From: Gemmatimonadota bacterium
GTDB taxonomy: Bacteria > JAAXHH01
Assembly: GCA_009838645.1 (NCBI GenBank)
Contig: VXRC01000045.1
Location: 1,594-65,593, forward strand
DNA: 64,000 bases
Direction of reading: 5' to 3'
In this document: positions 27,076-36,253 of the stretch, one piece after another
Layout of the letters: each line of letters begins with the position of its first letter
How positions within the stretch are numbered: position 1 is the first letter of the stretch
Made by a program: the position numbers and the translations under genes
Notes under the pieces: generated by a model
What the model saw: the letters and a program-made list of their open reading frames with translations, nothing else
Told to the model about the DNA's origin: nothing
Databases searched by the model: none

Positions 27076-28353
27076 TTAGTCATCCTGGACGCCGTCCTGG
27101 CCGTCTTCCTGGCCGGGATGGATTCCGCCTAAGGGAATGCGGCGGGCGAAGAGGTACCAGGCGACCACGATCAGGATACCGGCCGCCCCCGCCATGAAGG
27201 CCACCAGGCGGGCCGCCAGGGCGTCCAGCAACAGGCCCGTCCCCAGGGTCGAAATGGAGAACGCCAGGGTGAACAGGCCGTGGTCCGCGGCGAATACCCT
27301 CCCGCGGTAGTCTTCGTTCACCACGAGTTGAAGCCCCAGGGAAGAATAGACCCACATCACCATGCTGCCCGCGGCGGCGAGGATGATGCAGACTGCCGCC
27401 AGCCAGATGGACGGGGCCTGCGAGAACAGGATGAAGAAGGCACCGTAGCCGATGAGTCCGACCAGGATGCCCGTCCTCAACTGACCCAGGCGGACCGTGT
27501 CGAAGAACTTGATGAACACGGCGCCCAGGAGCGTCCCGATCCCCCGGGCCGTGTACAGGATGGCGATGCCCGTGTCGCCCGCGCGGTAGACCTGTCCCCC
27601 GAACACGGCGTAGAGCAGCACGGCGCCGCCCCCGGCGAGTCCCCAGGTGGCCTTGCCCGGCAGGTAGACCCGCGTGGGCCGGTCGCGCCCGATATACTTC
27701 ATGCCTTCGATGAAATCCGACAGGAACCGTACCGGCTGCCCCGCGCCGGACGCGGCGGGAATGGCGATCCGGGCCACGAAAACCGCCGATACCACGAAAC
27801 TGAAGGCGTTCAGCTGAAAGGCGGCGGACCGGCCCAGGTGATCGGCGACCAGGCCGCCCACGGCGGAACCGATGGTCAGCATGGCGGCCCAGGTCGTGCT
27901 GGACAGGGCATTGGCCGCCAGCAGCGCCTTGCCCCGGGCGATGCTCGGTAGTGCGGCCGTCCGCGTCACGTCGAAGAAGGGCTGCAGGCCGGACAGCAGC
28001 GCCATGAAGAGGTACAGCATCCAGACGTCGTCCGCCGTTTCGACCAGCAGGAATCCCAGGGCGACGCCGGCTCGGAGGATATCGGCCGTAATCATCACCC
28101 GCTTGCGGTCGTACCGTTCGGCGACGACGCCGGCCAGCGGGGTCATCAGGAAGGGGGGCAGCATCTGGCAGATCGTGACGATGCCCAGGGCGAGACCGGA
28201 GCCGGTCAGGGCGAGGGTCAGGCCCAGCACGGCGATGGTATTGAACCAGTCTCCCGCGTTGGATACGACCTGCGACAGCCAGACGAACCGGTAGGTCCGG
28301 TTCTCCCTGAGCAACCGGGTGTACGAGAGGGCCGAACCTGTTTTTGTCGTCAC
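27076..28353 (-). CDS. MFS transporter
   Basis: 425 aa with about 12 TM segments. N-terminal WLSQVVSNAGDWFNTIAVLGL is typical of DHA3/EntS-like MFS members. Confidence 0.7.
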   Translation of the reverse strand: MTTKTGSALSYTRLLRENRTYRFVWLSQVVSNAGDWFNTIAVLGLTLALTGSGLALGIVTICQMLPPFLMTPLAGVVAERYDRKRVMITADILRAGVALGFLLVETADDVWMLYLFMALLSGLQPFFDVTRTAALPSIARGKALLAANALSSTTWAAMLTIGSAVGGLVADHLGRSAAFQLNAFSFVVSAVFVARIAIPAASGAGQPVRFLSDFIEGMKYIGRDRPTRVYLPGKATWGLAGGGAVLLYAVFGGQVYRAGDTGIAILYTARGIGTLLGAVFIKFFDTVRLGQLRTGILVGLIGYGAFFILFSQAPSIWLAAVCIILAAAGSMVMWVYSSLGLQLVVNEDYRGRVFAADHGLFTLAFSISTLGTGLLLDALAARLVAFMAGAAGILIVVAWYLFARRIPLGGIHPGQEDGQDGVQDD

Positions 28354-28454
28354 GGGCCAGACCTGCGGTTGACAAGGGCGGGTGGTCCGTATACCCTTCG
28401 GTTAATCACTTTGATGGTAAGACTGCGGTTGGAGATGTTACAGGAGGCATGCTG

Positions 28455-28733
28455 ATGAGCAAGCTGAAGTCGATCATGCACAACCGGACACACGGCCACC
28501 TGGGGGAAACGCGACGCGACTGCACCGACTGCGTCCACGTCATGCCCGGCATGCACGGAGACGAGGTGACCTGCGAGATCTATACCTTCAAGTACGAGGC
28601 CTACAAGGTCCCGAGGCGAAGCTCCCTCTCGCCCTCCTTCGCGAACGACTGCGGATTCTACCAGGCCATGACGCCGGTGCAGAAGGCGGAATCGGAACGG
28701 AAATTCAGGGAATTCTACAAGCGCCTGAAGTGA
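28455..28733 (+). CDS. Small Cys/His-rich hypothetical protein
   Basis: GGAGG sits 7 nt upstream of the second ATG. Contains CTDCVHVMPGMHGDEVTC. No family recognised. Confidence 0.35.
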   Translation: MSKLKSIMHNRTHGHLGETRRDCTDCVHVMPGMHGDEVTCEIYTFKYEAYKVPRRSSLSPSFANDCGFYQAMTPVQKAESERKFREFYKRLK

Positions 28734-28814
28734 ATGGACGGCATCCGGCGGCGATACGCCCGCCGGGACCGCGAGGGCCTGGCCGGCCCTCAGCTCGAGC
28801 TGACGCGCGCGCCG

Positions 28815-30065
28815 CTACTCGTTCATGGACTTGAGGAAATTCACGTTCGTCGGCGTCCGGGAGAGGCGCTCGGTCATCAGTTCCATGGCTTCCACGGGTC
28901 CCAGGCCGTCCAGGAACTTCCGCAGGATCTTCACCTTGCCCAGGATGTCCGGTTCAAGGAGGAGTTCCGCCTTGCGGGTGGACGACGCGCTCAGGTCGAT
29001 CGCCGGGAAGATCCACCGGTTCGCCAGCTTGCGGCTGAGCTCCAGTTCCATGTTGCCCGTGCCCTTGAATTCCTCGAAGATTCCCTCGTCCATCCGGCTG
29101 CCGGTCTCGATCAGCGCCGTGGCCACGATGGTGAGGCTCCCGCCTTCCTCGATGTTCCGCGCCGCGCCGAAGAAACGCCGCGGCTTCTGCAGCGCGTTGG
29201 CGTCGATACCGCCGGACAGGATCTTGCCGCTGTGGGGCGTCACCGCGTTGTGGGCCCGCGCCAGGCGCGTGATGCTGTCGAGCAGGATGACCACGTCCCG
29301 GCCGTGTTCCACCAGGCGCTTGGCCTTCTCGAGGACCATGTCCGAGACCGCCACGTGGCGCTCCGGCGGCTCGTCGAAGGTGGAGCTGATCACCTCGCCC
29401 TTGACCGAGCGTTCCATGTCGGTCACCTCTTCCGGCCGTTCGTCAATGAGCAGGACCATGAGCACCACCTCGGGGTGATTGTCCGTGATGGCGTTGGCGA
29501 TCTCCTGCAGCAGCATGGTCTTCCCGGCCTTCGGCGGCGACACGATCAGTCCGCGCTGCCCCTTGCCGATCGGCGTCAGCAGGTCCATGACCCGCGTCGG
29601 CAGCTTGTCCTTCATGTATTCGAGCTGGAAGCGCTCGAGCGGGTAGATGGGCGTCAGGTTGTCGAAGAGCGTCCGTTCCTTGCTTGCCTCGGGATTGTCG
29701 AAGTTGACCGTGTCCACCCTGAGCAGCGCGAAGAAGCGCTCCCCGTCCTTGGGTGGCCGGATCTGTCCCGAGATGGTATCCCCGGTGCGCAGGTCGAAGC
29801 GCTTGACCTGGGACGGCGCCACGTAGATGTCGTCGGGGCCGTGCAGGTAGCTGTAGTCCGGCGACCGGAGAAACCCGCAGCGGTTGTCCGGCAGCACCTC
29901 GAGTACGCCCTCGCCGAAGATCACGCCTTCCTTCTCCGTCTGCGCCTGGAGAATGCTGAAGATCAGTTCCTGTTTCCGCAGGCCCGTATAGCTCTGCAGG
30001 TCGAGCTCCTGGGCGATGGAGTACAGGTCCGGCAGGGTCTTTGTCTTGAGTTCCAGGATGTGCAT
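28815..30065 (-). CDS. rho: Transcription termination factor Rho
   Basis: 416 aa. N-terminal [24 protein letters not shown], Walker A PPKAGKT, RecA-like core and C-terminal ...[18 protein letters not shown] all match Rho closely. Confidence 0.95.
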   Translation of the reverse strand: MHILELKTKTLPDLYSIAQELDLQSYTGLRKQELIFSILQAQTEKEGVIFGEGVLEVLPDNRCGFLRSPDYSYLHGPDDIYVAPSQVKRFDLRTGDTISGQIRPPKDGERFFALLRVDTVNFDNPEASKERTLFDNLTPIYPLERFQLEYMKDKLPTRVMDLLTPIGKGQRGLIVSPPKAGKTMLLQEIANAITDNHPEVVLMVLLIDERPEEVTDMERSVKGEVISSTFDEPPERHVAVSDMVLEKAKRLVEHGRDVVILLDSITRLARAHNAVTPHSGKILSGGIDANALQKPRRFFGAARNIEEGGSLTIVATALIETGSRMDEGIFEEFKGTGNMELELSRKLANRWIFPAIDLSASSTRKAELLLEPDILGKVKILRKFLDGLGPVEAMELMTERLSRTPTNVNFLKSMNE

Positions 30066-30444
30066 GCTTCCTTCCCTTTGTAAAAAACGTTCGGTGAACT
30101 CCCGTGAACGTCCGCCGTCCGGGCGTTCCTTAAGGCGCCGATTCCCGCGACGCGTCGTGGGGAGTGTTTTTGAAGTCAGACTGGGTTGTGAACATGGTGT
30201 GCGGCGGAAACGTCGGCTTGCGAACGGGTCGTTTCCGGCAGTCGGGCCCGGGCGTGCCGCGCCTGGAGACGCGCGGCTTTTCTGGTTCTGGTTATGCCAT
30301 CAGGATACGGGCAAACGCAACTTGCCTTGGTGATGGGGTAATCCCGTAGAATGCGGTACCGGCCGTCATGAATCTTGTTCTAAGGAAGAATCGGCTTTCC
30401 AATGAGGAATCAATCAGGGGAACGTGCAAGGATCGGGTTGCCGC

Positions 30445-30482
30445 CGAGTCGGCGACACGGGTAAATATACGGGTTTATGTCG
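30445..30482 (-). promoter_or_regulatory. Putative sigma70-type promoter for rho (TTGACA-N16-TATATT on minus strand), giving a leader of about 370 nt
   Basis: Minus-strand reading finds TTGACA at about 30482-30477 and TATATT at about 30450-30445. The 485-bp gap between dppC-like and rho is non-coding. Confidence 0.3.
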
Positions 30483-30550
30483 TGCTGTCAAGTCCCAAGC
30501 CCACTTTTTTTTGTGAATGCGTACATTGCCGGGCCCTTCCGCGGAGCGGC

Positions 30551-31837
30551 CTACTCGTTCATTTTGGGGTCGAGGGCGTCACGGAGTCCGTCGCCCATCA
30601 GCTGGAATCCGAGCATGGTGAGGGCGATCATGATGGCCGGAAAAGTCGCCAGGTGCCAGTAGGACCGGATGTAGTTGGCGTTCTCGCCGACCATCTGCCC
30701 CCAGCTCGGCGTGGGCGGGCTGATGCCGATGCCGATGAAGCTCAGGCCGGCCTCCGCGAAGATGGCCGACGGGATGCCCAGAGCGAGGGCCACGATCAGC
30801 GGTGTCAGGCTGTTCGGCAGGATGTGGGTCACGACGATGCGCAGGTGGCTGCCGCCCATGGCCTTGGCCGCCCGGACGAACTCCTTCTCCTTCAAAGACA
30901 GAATCTGCCCCCTCAGGAGACGGCATACCCCGACCCATCCGGTCACCCCGATGGCGACGAAGATGTTGAAGAGCCCAGCGCCCAGCCACGACATGATCAG
31001 GATGATGAAGAGCAGCCCCGGAAAGGCCGACATGATGTCGACCCCCCGCATGATGACGCTGTCCACGCGGCCGCCGGCGTACCCCGCCAGCGCGCCCAGG
31101 GGAACGCCGATGGCGAAGATGATGGCCTGCACGAGGACGCCCACCGTCATGGAGATCTCCGCGCCGTAGATGACCCGGCTGAAGAGGTCGCGGCCCAGGC
31201 CGTCCGTGCCGAAGGGAAACATCCACGACGGTTCCTGCCAGGCGACCAGGAAGTTCTGCTTGGTGTAGTGCAGGGGCGCGATCCAGGGCGCGAGCAGCGC
31301 CGTGTTGCTCAGCAGCAGCACCAGGAAGAGTCCCACCAGGGAGAGCTTGTTGCGGGAGAAACGCCGCGTGGCGTCCGCCCAGAGCCCGCTGTCGTGTTTC
31401 TTGAAATACCGGTAGGCCCGCGGCCAGAGCAAGGTGAACTCCGTGGCCAGCGCGACGCGGAAGATCTGTCCCGCCCAGGAGAAGAAGGGCTCGAGGCCGT
31501 CCCAGCTCATGGACTCCGACAGGCTTTCGGGGATGTCCTCCGTGCCGTAGGGGTACTGGTCCATCCAGGGGCCGAGGAGCCACCACGCCGCGAGCAGGGC
31601 GACGACGCCCGCGGCCACGAAGTAGGACTTGCGCTGGACCACCGTGTGGCAGAAGGACGCCCATCTTCCGGTTTCGTCCCGGTGTCCCAGGCGGTGCATA
31701 CGGGGCAGGTAGAGCACCAGCTGGATCGCCAGGGCGATCCGCCCCACCTCGAGGATCATGGTGTCCCAGCTCCATCCCAGGATCGCGCCGAGGACCCAGA
31801 CGATGCCGACTTCGCCCGTTGTGCCGATCGGATCCAT
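30551..31837 (-). CDS. Peptide/nickel ABC transporter permease (DppC/OppC-like) with N-terminal extension of about 130 aa
   Basis: C-terminal 300 aa is a typical OppC-type permease, with an EAA-like loop near VRAAKAMGGSHLRIVVTHILPN. ATG at 31837 has AGGAAGGA 6 nt upstream. Confidence 0.7.
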   Translation of the reverse strand: MDPIGTTGEVGIVWVLGAILGWSWDTMILEVGRIALAIQLVLYLPRMHRLGHRDETGRWASFCHTVVQRKSYFVAAGVVALLAAWWLLGPWMDQYPYGTEDIPESLSESMSWDGLEPFFSWAGQIFRVALATEFTLLWPRAYRYFKKHDSGLWADATRRFSRNKLSLVGLFLVLLLSNTALLAPWIAPLHYTKQNFLVAWQEPSWMFPFGTDGLGRDLFSRVIYGAEISMTVGVLVQAIIFAIGVPLGALAGYAGGRVDSVIMRGVDIMSAFPGLLFIILIMSWLGAGLFNIFVAIGVTGWVGVCRLLRGQILSLKEKEFVRAAKAMGGSHLRIVVTHILPNSLTPLIVALALGIPSAIFAEAGLSFIGIGISPPTPSWGQMVGENANYIRSYWHLATFPAIMIALTMLGFQLMGDGLRDALDPKMNE

Positions 31838-31839
31838 GC

Positions 31840-33150
31840 CTAATCCTTCCTATACCGGATGCGGGGGTCCACCAGCGCGTACATGAGGTCCGTGATGACG
31901 TAGATCACGACGATGAGCGACGACCAGAGCAGGGCCGTGGACATGATCATGGGGTAGTCCCGGGCGAACACGCTCGTGGTGAAGTACCGCCCCAGGCCGG
32001 GGATCCGGAAGATCGTCTCGATGAAGAAGGACCCCGTGATCAGGTTGGCCATCATCGGTCCCGCGATGGTCAGCAGGGGGATCAGGGCGTTCTTGAACAC
32101 GTGCACCACCACGACCGAGATTTCGGTGAGGCCCTTGGCCCGGGCGGTGCGCACGTAGTCGGCCCGGATGGCCTCGATCATGTTCGACCGGGTATACCTC
32201 GCCACCACGGCCATGTCTCCGAGGGACAGGGCGATCACCGGCATGACCCAGTCCTTGGGCGAATTCCAGCCTCCCGTTTCGAAGAGGTGCAGCCACAGGG
32301 AAAAGACGACCGTCAACCCGACGGCGACGACGAAACTGGGCGTGACGATGCTGAATACGGCCGTGAGCGAGGCGACGTAATCGATCCAGGTGTTCTGGTA
32401 TACCGCCGCGAGAATGCCCAGCAGCAGTCCGCCGGTGAGGGCCACGATCAGGGCCATGCTGCCCAGGTGGACGGAGACGGGCCAGGCCTGGGCGATGAGC
32501 TCCTGGCAGGTCTTGCTCTGGTGCTGGAAGGAATAGCCGAAGTCGCCCCGCACGACATTGCTCACCCAGGAGATGTACTGGATGTGCAGCGGCTGGTCGA
32601 GGTTGTACTTCCGCATCAGGTTGGCGCGGACCTCGGGCGTCAGCGGTATGCCGCCGGTCTCTCCGCCCGCGTCGAAGGGACCGCCGGGCACGGCGTGCAT
32701 GATGGAGAAGGTGATGACGGAGACGGCGAAGAGTACGGGGAAGATCCAGAGTATGCGGCGGACCAGGTACCGGAAGCCCAGGTTCAGTCCGAGGAGGAAA
32801 ATGCTGGTGACCGCGAGCATGATCAGCGTGCGGATCAGCATGACGTTCTGGGAGTCGGTGCCCCACAGCGCCAGGCTTACGGCCGCCAGCGCGATGGCCC
32901 GCGCGGCCAGGTTCGGCACGCGAAACCGCCGCAACAGGGTGGAAGCGGCGACGAACAGGAGGAGCCAGAGCGTCGCGAGGGCGGTATTGAATACGCCGAG
33001 CTGCGGCGCCGCGACGGCCAGGGCGACGATGGTGATCAGCGTCTGGACGCCCTTGACGAAGGCCGCGTCAAGCTTGCGCCGGTTACCCCAGTATCCCGCG
33101 GCCAGGACGAGCAGCAGCCACAGGACGCCAATGATCCCTAAAACGGGCAT
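31840..33150 (-). CDS. Peptide/nickel ABC transporter permease (DppB/OppB-like) with extra N-terminal TM segments of about 110 aa
   Basis: The canonical DppB start-like block FRYLVRRILWIFPVLFAVSVITF sits 110 aa into the ORF. EAA-like loop ADYVRTARAKGL. Start uncertain. Confidence 0.65.
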   Translation of the reverse strand: MPVLGIIGVLWLLLVLAAGYWGNRRKLDAAFVKGVQTLITIVALAVAAPQLGVFNTALATLWLLLFVAASTLLRRFRVPNLAARAIALAAVSLALWGTDSQNVMLIRTLIMLAVTSIFLLGLNLGFRYLVRRILWIFPVLFAVSVITFSIMHAVPGGPFDAGGETGGIPLTPEVRANLMRKYNLDQPLHIQYISWVSNVVRGDFGYSFQHQSKTCQELIAQAWPVSVHLGSMALIVALTGGLLLGILAAVYQNTWIDYVASLTAVFSIVTPSFVVAVGLTVVFSLWLHLFETGGWNSPKDWVMPVIALSLGDMAVVARYTRSNMIEAIRADYVRTARAKGLTEISVVVVHVFKNALIPLLTIAGPMMANLITGSFFIETIFRIPGLGRYFTTSVFARDYPMIMSTALLWSSLIVVIYVITDLMYALVDPRIRYRKD

Positions 33151-33388
33151 CCGATCGTCTGATCCTTTGCTTGTGCAGGAGAATCACTTGCGATACCGCG
33201 ATTCGAGGGATGAGGAAACTGCCTGGTGGGGCGAGCCCGTCCGACTGGCCGCGGCGCCAACGGAGTCCGGCTCCGCTGGATGCCAGACAACCTAAGGTCC
33301 ACCGGGGATTCTGTCAACGTATTTCGGTCGCTCCCACGGGGCAAAAACCTGTTGATTCGCCGGGCCGTTTTGTTGTTTCATAGGGGTT

Positions 33389-34081
33389 ATGGAATACCTG
33401 TACAATGGATTACAGGAAGCGGTCCGCCTGCTGTTCACGGGCGAATCCGGCGTGTACACCATCGTCGGCGTTTCCGTTTTCGTCGCGGTGTCCGCGATCC
33501 TACTGGCCTCCGTGATGGGACTGCCCGCGGGCTACCTGCTCGCCACCCGCCGGTTCCGGGGCCAGCGCTTCGTGACCACGGTACTCAATACGATGCTGGC
33601 CATGCCGACCGTGGTGATCGGCCTCTTCGTCTACTCCCTGATCTCCCGGCGCGGCCCGCTCGGCTTCATGGAACTGTTGTATACACCGGGCGCCATGATC
33701 ATCGGCGAGACGCTCCTCGCCCTGCCCATCGTGGCCGCCTTCACCCTCTCGGCCTTTCGTGCCGTGGATTCCCGGATCACGGAGACGGCCCTTACGCTGG
33801 GCGCCACGACGGCTCAGACCGCCCGCACCCTCATTTCGGAGGCCCGGTTCGGCATCATGGCGGCGGTGGTGGCCGCCTTCGGGCGGGTCATCGCCGAGGT
33901 GGGCGCGGCCATGATGCTGGGCGGCAACATCAAGGGAAGCACGCGGACCATGACGACGGCGATCGCCCTGGAGAGCAACAAGGGGGAGTTCGGCCTGGCC
34001 ATCGCCCTCGGGATCATCCTGCTGCTTACGGCGTTCGGCGCGAACATTCTCTTTCACTGGCTGCAGGGGTTCGACGACTGA
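33389..34081 (+). CDS. ABC transporter permease of the ModB/TupB-like (small anion) type
   Basis: 230 aa with 5-6 TM segments and a loop ETALTLGATTAQTARTLISEARFG resembling the EAA motif of molybdate/tungstate-type permeases. Confidence 0.55.
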   Translation: MEYLYNGLQEAVRLLFTGESGVYTIVGVSVFVAVSAILLASVMGLPAGYLLATRRFRGQRFVTTVLNTMLAMPTVVIGLFVYSLISRRGPLGFMELLYTPGAMIIGETLLALPIVAAFTLSAFRAVDSRITETALTLGATTAQTARTLISEARFGIMAAVVAAFGRVIAEVGAAMMLGGNIKGSTRTMTTAIALESNKGEFGLAIALGIILLLTAFGANILFHWLQGFDD

Positions 34082-35277
34082 TGGCCGATCCGATGACGGC
34101 CGATCCGATGACGGCCGATTCGAAGACGACAGGTCCGAAGACGACAGGTCCGAAGACGTCCGGTCCGATTATCGTGGGCGAGCACCTGGCGCACCGGCAC
34201 GGTTCCGGGTTTCATCTGCAGATCGAAAACCTCGCCCTGTACGCCGGAAGGACCTATGCCGTCTACGGAGCGAACGGATCGGGCAAGTCCACGCTTTTGA
34301 ACATCCTCGCCTTGCTGACCCTGCCGCAGGAGGGCCGGATCCTCTTCGAAGGCCGGCCCGTGAACGGGGCTGATCCGGGCCGCAGCCGTCAGTACCGCCG
34401 CCGCGTCACGCTGCTCATGCAGCACGTGTACCTGTTCCGGTCCACCGTATTCGAGAACGTGGCGTCCGGCCTGCGGTTCCGCGGCATGGCGAAGGAGGCC
34501 ATCGAAGCACGCGTGACCGGCATGCTGGACAAGGTGGGCCTTCGCCAATTCGCCCACCGGCCCGCCCACAGCCTGTCGGGCGGAGAAGCGCAGCGCGCGG
34601 GACTCGCCCGGGCCCTGGTCACGGACCCCGACGTCCTGCTGCTTGACGAGCCCACGGCCAGCGTGGACGCGACGCACGGGAAACAGATCGAGGCGATTCT
34701 CGCGGAGACGTGCCGCCATCGGCGCATGACCGTCGTGCTGTCGACGCACCAGTACGACCAGGCCTATCGCATCGCCGACGAAGTGCTGATCATGCGCGAC
34801 GGGCGGATGCTCGAGAAGGGACCGGAGAACGTCTTCAAGGGCCACATCGAGGAATCGGCCGACGGCCCGGTCGTAATATTGGACGGCGGTGTGACCCTGC
34901 GATCGGACACGACCGCGCGCGGACCGGCCCACATCGTCATCTCTTCGCAGGAGATCCGGCTGGCGAAGTCGCCGGCGAAGCCACCGCGCACGCCGGACGC
35001 CGAAAATACGCTCACGGGCGTCGTGAATACGCTCATGGGTGTCGTGACCGCCGCCGCGGTGGACGGAGACCGCATACGCCTGGACGTGGACGCCGGTCCG
35101 CGCCCGGACGCGGAGGCTGGCCCGAACTCGGATGCGGCGTCCGGACCGCGCGCGGATGCGCCGTCCGGCCTTCGCCTGACCGTCCACGTGGCGCGGGCGT
35201 CTTTTTCGGACATGGGCATCACTGTCGGGGATACGGTGCATGCCGCCATCGACGCCTCGGCCGTCCGGGCTTCATGA
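34081..35277 (+). CDS. ABC transporter ATP-binding protein with C-terminal TOBE/MOP-like domain; N-terminal tandem peptide repeats
   Basis: Walker A GANGSGKST, signature LSGGEAQR, Walker B LLLDEP. Start overlaps the permease stop (TGATG). The N-terminus ADPMTADPMTADSKTTGPKTTGPKTSGP comes from 15-bp tandem repeats. Confidence 0.7.
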   Translation: MADPMTADPMTADSKTTGPKTTGPKTSGPIIVGEHLAHRHGSGFHLQIENLALYAGRTYAVYGANGSGKSTLLNILALLTLPQEGRILFEGRPVNGADPGRSRQYRRRVTLLMQHVYLFRSTVFENVASGLRFRGMAKEAIEARVTGMLDKVGLRQFAHRPAHSLSGGEAQRAGLARALVTDPDVLLLDEPTASVDATHGKQIEAILAETCRHRRMTVVLSTHQYDQAYRIADEVLIMRDGRMLEKGPENVFKGHIEESADGPVVILDGGVTLRSDTTARGPAHIVISSQEIRLAKSPAKPPRTPDAENTLTGVVNTLMGVVTAAAVDGDRIRLDVDAGPRPDAEAGPNSDAASGPRADAPSGLRLTVHVARASFSDMGITVGDTVHAAIDASAVRAS

Positions 35278-35299
35278 ACGACCAACCACGGAGGAACCA

Positions 35300-36205
35300 A
35301 TGACCACCCGGGAACCATCAAGCCTGGTCATGGGCAAGGACGAGTTGCTGATGGACGGGAAGTACCTGTCCACGCTCCGGGAAGCGAACGAACTGCTGGA
35401 CGACGCGGAAGCACTGCGGGAACGAATGGCCGAGGACGGCTACCTGCTCATCCGCGGCCTTCACGATCCGGATAAGGTCGCCGAAGCCCGCAGGGTCGTG
35501 CTGGAGAATCTCCAGGCCAACGACCAGATCGATCCGGGCTATCCCCTCGACCTGGGAGTGGCTGCGCCGGGCAAGCGGGGCGCCTTCTTCGGCGGCGCCA
35601 AGCGGGTGACGCACACGGACGAGTTCCTCGCCGTGGTCAATTCCCCCGAAATCATGGGGTTCTTCGAGCGGTTCCTGGGCGGCCCCGTCCTCACCTTCGA
35701 CTATAAATGGCTGCGGGCCGTGGGCCCGGGCGACAATACCGGGGCGCATTACGACATGGTCTACATGGGCCGGGGCACCCCGAACCTGTATACCGTGTGG
35801 ACCCCCCTGGACGACGTGTCCTTCGACATGGGCCCCCTGGTCATCCTGGCCGGCTCCCACCAGTTCGAGGCCGTCAAGGAGACCTACGGCCAGATGGACG
35901 TGGACCGTGACCACGTGACGGGCCACTTCACCAACGAGCCCATCGAGATGGTCGACCAGTACGGGGGCCAGTGGCAGACGAGCGAATTCCGGATGGGGGA
36001 CGTGATCGTCCTCGGCATGTACACCATGCACGGCTCCGTCAACAACACGTCGAACCGGTTCCGCATCAGCACCGATACCCGCTACCAGCTGGCCAGCGAG
36101 CCCGTCGACCACCGATGGGTCGGCGAAAACCCCGTCGCCCATTACGCGTGGACCGAAGGGAAGACCGTTTCCATGGAGGAGATGCGGCGGAAGTGGAAGG
36201 TCTAG
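35300..36205 (+). CDS. PhyH-family dioxygenase, paralog 2
   Basis: GGAGGA sits 6 nt upstream of the ATG. HxD in GAHYDMV, ILAGSHQF, and distal His YTMHGSV. Confidence 0.7.
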   Translation: MTTREPSSLVMGKDELLMDGKYLSTLREANELLDDAEALRERMAEDGYLLIRGLHDPDKVAEARRVVLENLQANDQIDPGYPLDLGVAAPGKRGAFFGGAKRVTHTDEFLAVVNSPEIMGFFERFLGGPVLTFDYKWLRAVGPGDNTGAHYDMVYMGRGTPNLYTVWTPLDDVSFDMGPLVILAGSHQFEAVKETYGQMDVDRDHVTGHFTNEPIEMVDQYGGQWQTSEFRMGDVIVLGMYTMHGSVNNTSNRFRISTDTRYQLASEPVDHRWVGENPVAHYAWTEGKTVSMEEMRRKWKV

Positions 36206-36253
36206 CGCGGATCGATCGGTTGTTCCGTCCCACCCAACCAGCGGAAAGACGCC

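Noticed and set aside
28740-28790. Hairpin ccggcgg-N8-ccgccgg between convergent small gene and rho
   Set aside because: No U-run on either strand, so not a clear intrinsic terminator. Left unannotated.
28734-30083. 449-aa + ORF
   Set aside because: Antisense of rho.
30470-30550. Intrinsic terminator after the dppC-like gene (T-run cttttttttg)
   Set aside because: No convincing upstream stem. The T-run is on the wrong strand for the minus-strand transcript.
30368-33141. Large + strand ORFs (491 aa, 440 aa)
   Set aside because: Antisense of the DppC/DppB-like permease genes.
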